Positions 59,629-64,000 of a DNA stretch of 64,000 bases are shown here, piece after piece. Origin of the DNA: an uncultured Spirochaetota bacterium (GTDB lineage Bacteria > Spirochaetota > Spirochaetia > SZUA-6 > Fen-1364). Position numbers and translations under genes: made by a program. The stretch's first letter is position 1; every line of letters begins with the position of its first letter. Location: the NCBI GenBank assembly GCA_963845535.1, contig CAWJSK010000012.1, positions 480,001 through 544,000 on the forward strand, given 5' to 3'. The notes under the pieces were generated by a model, which saw only the letters and a list, made by a program, of their open reading frames with translations, was not told the origin of the DNA and made no database searches.

Positions 59629-60717
59629 TCAGCCGCTGAACCGCCTTCCCTCATCGATCATGGAGAGGTAGTTGTCCAACGGCACATAGTTGGCAACCGT
59701 GTTGCCCGTCCCCAGGCAATATCCGCCGCCACGCGAGCAAACTCCGAGAGTCTCACGCACCCGTTCCCGGATGGAAGCCTCGTCGGATCTGCAGAGGAAG
59801 TCCATGTCGATTCCGCCCAGGAGCGCCACCCTTTTCCCGTAGCGCCGTTTCGCCTCGGTGACGGGGAGGATTGCATCCTCGAACGAGTGCTTCCCATCAA
59901 CTCCGACCTCTGAAATCAGATCTTCCATGATCTCATCCAGATTGCCGCAGGAGTGGAGGAGGTATGGCTTGCCTTTGGCGTGAGCCACCTGCGCGCAGCG
60001 CTTGTGCCACGGCAGGATCTTTGCCCGCAGGAAGACAGGGGACATCATGGTGCCTGTCCTGAACCCGAGATCATCCGAGCCCCAGACCACCGCCACCCGT
60101 GAGAAGTCCACGAGCGCGCGCGTGAGCTCGACGTAGAAGGCGCCGGCCTTCTCGAGGATCGCATCCACGAGATCCGGCTGGTCGACAACGGCGTAGCAGA
60201 GAGTCTCGTACCCCATCAGGAAAGAGAGTATCTCGAAAATGTGGGCCGTCAGCTCGTAGCACCCCATGGTTTCCGGAAGGTTGCGTTCCAGCCATTCCAG
60301 AGGGGCGAAGTCGATGTCTGAGACCCGGGGCCAGCGGTATGAGTCGAAATCCTTCCAGCCCTGGATGGGGCCGGCATGCTCTTCCTGCCAGTCTCGGGCC
60401 GACCTTTCCTGGCCCCGCTGGGTGGTGGTGTCAGGGGCGGAGATGGTGGCGGTGGGGAAGACCGTCTTTCGGGCAATTCCAGCCCGGAAAATATCGTACC
60501 CCAGGAAGGAATGCAGCGCGAAGTCCCGCTTGGCTTCGAAAAGCGCGTCCGACCTGTCCAGATCGGGGCACAGCCCAAAACGCTCGACAACGGCGTCCTT
60601 GATTTCCGCATCCAGGAACAGCTCGATATGATGGACCCGCTTCGGAGGCCGGCGTCGAAACAAGACATCCAGCATCTCCGCCACGTCGGGTTCGACCTTT
60701 CGTGAAAAGGTATTCAT
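59629..60717 (-). CDS. Uroporphyrinogen decarboxylase/MtaA-CmuA family protein
   Basis: LMGYE, SDDLG, LHSCG, LGGID, GGGYCLGTGN. Confidence 0.85.
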   Translation of the reverse strand: MNTFSRKVEPDVAEMLDVLFRRRPPKRVHHIELFLDAEIKDAVVERFGLCPDLDRSDALFEAKRDFALHSFLGYDIFRAGIARKTVFPTATISAPDTTTQRGQERSARDWQEEHAGPIQGWKDFDSYRWPRVSDIDFAPLEWLERNLPETMGCYELTAHIFEILSFLMGYETLCYAVVDQPDLVDAILEKAGAFYVELTRALVDFSRVAVVWGSDDLGFRTGTMMSPVFLRAKILPWHKRCAQVAHAKGKPYLLHSCGNLDEIMEDLISEVGVDGKHSFEDAILPVTEAKRRYGKRVALLGGIDMDFLCRSDEASIRERVRETLGVCSRGGGYCLGTGNTVANYVPLDNYLSMIDEGRRFSG

Positions 60718-60793
60718 GCTCAAGCCCCCGTTGTGTATGGTACAGTAGTTGCGGGCTTCCGTAAGGTCAAGGGAAAGGGGAGGGAGCGTACAG

Positions 60794-61900
60794 ATGAAAT
60801 ACCGCAGATTAGGCAATACGGGACTCATCGTGAGCGAGGTTGCGCTGGGATCCATGCAGTTCGGCGGGAAGATGAACATGGGGAACCTCGGCCAGGAAGA
60901 CACAGCGCGGCTGGTGAAGCTCGCCTTGGACAAGGGGATAAACTTCATTGACACCGCGGACGTCTACAGCCAGGGGGAGAGTGAGACTCTCCTGGGAAAC
61001 GCGCTCAAGGGCGTGCGGGAGGAGATCGTGCTTGCCACGAAGGTCAGGCTCCCCATGAGCGAAAACTTCAACAGGAGCGGCGCCACGCGGGTGAACATCA
61101 TGCGCGGCATCGAGAGCAGCCTGAAGCGGCTCCAGACGGACCATGTCGACCTCTATCAGGTGCACGGGTGGGACAGCAACACTCCGCTGGAGGAGACCCT
61201 GCGCACGCTGGATGACCTGGTCCGACACGGGAAGGTCCGGCACATCGGCCTCTCGAACCTTTTGTCCTGGCAGGCCGCAACGGCCATCATGCTTCAGGAG
61301 CGCATGGGCCTGGAGAAATACGTCACGGCCCAGATGTACTACAGCCTCGTCGGCCGCGGCTTGGAGTACGAGTTCCAGTCCTTTGCCCAATACCACAAAA
61401 TCGGCATCCTCGTGTGGAGCCCGCTGGCGGGCGGGTTCCTCTCCGGCAAGTACGCGCGGCCGGAGGAGACGTCGCGCGGCGGCGCCAATCCCGCGCCGTC
61501 TGGGACGAGGTTCGCGGAGGCCGGGCAGTTCGTTCCCTTCGACAAGGAAATGGGGTATCGGACCCTGGAAGCCTTGAAACAGGTCGCGGATCGTCACGGC
61601 GTCAGCATGTCGCGGGTGGCCCTGGCGTGGGTCCTTGGCCGTCCAGCCGTCAGCAGCGTCATCATCGCAGCGCGAAAGGCGGAGCACCTGGAGGACAACC
61701 TCAAAGCCGTGGACCTCGCTCTGTCAGAGGAGGATGTGCGGCTCCTGGATGCGGCGTCCGACCCCGGTGTCCCCTATCCGAAATGGATGGTCCTCCAGTT
61801 GGACACGGCGGAAGATCCGCGGCCCAAGGTGCTGCACCCCGAGCGATACGCGAATGGAGGCCCGTGGAAGGACCTCCGCGGGACAAAGTGGACAGGGTGA
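60794..61900 (+). CDS. Aldo/keto reductase
   Basis: YRRLGNTGL.VS, IDTADVY, LATK, DLYQVH, GKVRHIG.SN, WSPLAGG.LSGKY. Confidence 0.95.
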   Translation: MKYRRLGNTGLIVSEVALGSMQFGGKMNMGNLGQEDTARLVKLALDKGINFIDTADVYSQGESETLLGNALKGVREEIVLATKVRLPMSENFNRSGATRVNIMRGIESSLKRLQTDHVDLYQVHGWDSNTPLEETLRTLDDLVRHGKVRHIGLSNLLSWQAATAIMLQERMGLEKYVTAQMYYSLVGRGLEYEFQSFAQYHKIGILVWSPLAGGFLSGKYARPEETSRGGANPAPSGTRFAEAGQFVPFDKEMGYRTLEALKQVADRHGVSMSRVALAWVLGRPAVSSVIIAARKAEHLEDNLKAVDLALSEEDVRLLDAASDPGVPYPKWMVLQLDTAEDPRPKVLHPERYANGGPWKDLRGTKWTG

Positions 61901-61903
61901 AAC

Positions 61904-62687
61904 TCAGGTCACGTAGAGGGCAATGCCGCGCGAGCGCGCAATCTCCACGTACTCGAGGGATATCCCCGAATCCGTGACGATCGCATCGAAATCCGACAAC
62001 GTTGCGAACAAGGACGGCGTCACGCGGCCCAGCTTGCCGGAATCCACAACGAGGATCCGCGATCTGCGAGGACTCGATGGCGGCTTTCTTCAACTCAGCC
62101 TCTGCTGCATCACGACAGGTGACCCCGAGAGAGTCGCTGACGCCGCCAGCGGAAAGGAAGGCCTTATGAGCCCTGAAGCGCCGTACGAGGGCAATCCCCT
62201 CGGCGCTTTCGCAGACGAGCGTGTCGCCTCGGAACGTTCCGCCCGCGAAAACCGCGGTGACCTTTGAGCGGCTTGCAGCCTCCAGGAGGATGTTGAGGGC
62301 AAAGCAGATCACGGTCAACGGCGCATCAACAGGAAGGCTTCGCGCAAGCCACTCCGTGGTGGATCCCGAATCGATGATCACGATATCGCCGGGCTCGACG
62401 AGGGTGGCTGCTTTTTTCCCGATTTTCATTTTTTCCTTTGCCAGGGCGCTCTCCCCTGAAACAAGAGAAAAAGCCGCACGAGGAGAATCCGCAAGCCCAA
62501 GCCGCAACTCAGCGCCACCTTTGACAAGGCGGACCCTGTTCTGCTGGGCGAGGAGCAGAAGGTCCCTCCTGACGGTCATCTCGGAGACAGAGAGTCTCTG
62601 CGACAACTCCTCGATTGAGGTTGCCCCGTCTCCGCGGAGGGATTCAAGAATCTGGGCGATCCTGTCCTGCCTCTTTTTCGTCGCCAT
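61904..62687 (-). CDS. DeoR/GlpR family regulator, +1 frameshift near 62061-62063
   Basis: VSEMTVRRDL HTH, IDSGSTT; restored C-terminus RILVVDSGKLG...FDAIVTDSGI...GIALYVT-stop at 61904. Confidence 0.88.
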
Positions 62688-62723
62688 CAGTTTTCGATCC
62701 CGTTGGGAGACATATAGTAACAT

Positions 62724-62837
62724 TTGTATTGTTCTTTTTCAACAATACAATTACAAAAATGAGCTTTCATGACGCTTTTTATCTTGACAATTGTCATAAA
62801 ATAGTTAATAATTCCGAAAGCTGTTATAAAATAACAG
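62724..62837. promoter_or_regulatory. AT-rich divergent promoter region with inverted repeats
   Basis: TTGTATTGTT-N7-AACAATACAA (62724-62750); TTGACA 62784-62789 with TAATAAT 62806-62812; CTGTTAT-AAA-ATAACAG (62821-62837). Confidence 0.7.
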
Positions 62838-62840
62838 TTA

Positions 62841-62908
62841 AAGTCCGTGGACCAAAGCAATTGGGAGGCCCGTCAACGTTGACGGGAGCTGGTCCACGGG
62901 CTTTTTTT
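62841..62908 (+). ncRNA. Candidate structured small RNA or attenuator ending in a U-tract
   Basis: AAGTCCGTGGACCA pairs with TGGTCCACGGGCTT; inner CCCGTCAACGTTGACGGG palindrome; T7 follows. Confidence 0.5.
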
Positions 62909-63100
62909 CTGCTCTGCCCTGTGATCGACAGCTTGCCCTATGGCATGATGTGCGGCGCGCTTCGCGCACCTATAAAAAAGGCCAATAGTGTCCAAAAACT
63001 TGCAAGAATCGCGAATTGCATAGGAACGCGGGTCAGGCGTTGCTGGTCAGGCACCTTCGCGACGGGGTCACGCGGGGCGACGCGTTAGTCAGGCGCTTTA

Positions 63101-63130
63101 TTGACTGAATGAATCATTCAGTTATATGAT
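63101..63130 (+). promoter_or_regulatory. Promoter with embedded TetR operator
   Basis: TTGACT 63101-63106, TATGAT 63125-63130; ACTGAATG-AAT-CATTCAGT 63104-63122. Confidence 0.8.
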
Positions 63131-63136
63131 CGACGC

Positions 63137-63850
63137 ATGACAAAGAAAAGGCTGCTGTCACGAATGGATCAGCTACTTGAGGCTTCGGCGAAAGTGTTCA
63201 TCTCACGCGGCTACAAGCGGGCTGCCATGTCGGAAATCGCCAGAGAGATGGGGGTCGCTCCGGGGACCATCTACCTCTACGTTGAAAGCAAGGAAGCGCT
63301 CTTCCACCTGCTGGTAATGCGCACGGCAATCAACGCGGGGCCGGAAGCTCCTGACCTGCCAGTACGGACACCGCCGCCCGGGGCTACGATCGAAATGCTT
63401 CGACACGCGTTGACCCTTGAAGCATATGCGCCAAAGCTGGCCGCTGTGCTTCGGGCTCCGGATAGGCGCGCTTTCACTGACGTGGAGGCAATCCTGACGG
63501 AGCTCTACGATAACGCCTACGCGCGGAGAATCGGCATCGACCTCATCGAAATGTCGGCCATCGACTGGCCCGAGATGTCGGATGTCTTCTACGAAGGATT
63601 GAGGACGCCTCTCGTAAAGGCGCTCTCGGAATACCTGCAACGCGGCATAGCTGCCGGGGCATTTCGGCCGGTACCAAGCGTGCGCGTGGCCGCGCGGTTC
63701 CTTGTGGAGACAATCGCCTGGTTTGCAATCCATCGACATGGTGATCCCCGGCCGAAGGACTTCAGCGATGATGAGGCCCGCGCCGGGGTCATCGCCCTCA
63801 TGACCGCGACAGTCAAGGAAGAAGCGCGCGGACGCGGACGGCAAACGTGA
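63137..63850 (+). CDS. TetR/AcrR family regulator
   Basis: VFISRGY..AAMSEIAREMGVAPGTIYLYVESKEALF. Confidence 0.92.
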   Translation: MTKKRLLSRMDQLLEASAKVFISRGYKRAAMSEIAREMGVAPGTIYLYVESKEALFHLLVMRTAINAGPEAPDLPVRTPPPGATIEMLRHALTLEAYAPKLAAVLRAPDRRAFTDVEAILTELYDNAYARRIGIDLIEMSAIDWPEMSDVFYEGLRTPLVKALSEYLQRGIAAGAFRPVPSVRVAARFLVETIAWFAIHRHGDPRPKDFSDDEARAGVIALMTATVKEEARGRGRQT

Positions 63851-64000
63851 AGGAAGCCCTGGACCCCGTTGTCGAGATGGCCGAAGCGCCCATCGGCCGC
63901 CTCCTCCTGAAGTTTTCCATTCCCACAATCGCCATGATGCTCGTGAACGGCCTGTACAACACGATAGATCAGGTCTTCATCGGGCATGGAATGGGAACGG
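63847..64000 (+). CDS. MATE efflux transporter, N-terminal part, runs off the window
   Basis: GTG start: KEALDPVVEMAEAPIGRLLLKFSIPTIAMMLVNGLYNTIDQVFIGHGMG; GTGA overlap with TetR. Confidence 0.88.
   Translation, partial: MKEALDPVVEMAEAPIGRLLLKFSIPTIAMMLVNGLYNTIDQVFIGHGMGT

Noticed and set aside
62615..63088. 157-aa ORF across the deoR-tetR intergenic region
   Set aside because: Atypical composition; runs through promoter, operators and a terminator-like stem.
1..64000. CRISPR arrays, tRNA/rRNA, IS elements, anti-phage defence genes
   Set aside because: None recognised by eye; short or diverged elements could be missed without covariance or HMM searches.

Overview
High-GC chromosomal segment from a diderm, chemotactic, probably anaerobic bacterium. 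TonB, MCPs, a PTS-EIIA-DAC fusion and lipoproteins suggest a free-living spirochaete, but this taxonomy is inference only. About 55 genes were annotated, with no rRNA, tRNA, CRISPR array or transposase seen. From left to right: a cysteate synthase translationally coupled to a truncated alpha-oxoamine synthase (capnine/sulfonolipid-like pair) with a divergent TetR; ssnA-ygfK; a DtxR/MntR-feoB operon with a clear operator; two further fold-type-II PLP enzymes; an operon ending in a cNMP-degenerate-GGDEF protein and a cNMP-GGDEF-DHH/DHHA1 fusion; aat and clpS-clpA; an EIIA-DAC, kinase, polB operon; rlmN; a PurD-like ligase; an accessory block (Acg nitroreductase, wHTH, two ICMT-like genes); KirBac; a two-component system; a GH5 endoglycoceramidase-like enzyme; a cobalamin riboswitch with btuB-like receptor and tonB; two MCPs sharing a ~1.2 kb near-identical block, one with an extra C-terminal STAS/SEC14-like domain; mtnA; URO-D family; AKR; DeoR; a candidate sRNA; TetR-MATE. 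Eleven apparent +1 insertions break seven genes and are most likely sequencing/assembly errors. Best novelty candidates are the cNMP-GGDEF/cNMP-GGDEF-DHH signalling pair, the sulfonolipid-like pair and the MCP-STAS fusion. All family assignments come from recognised motifs, not database searches.
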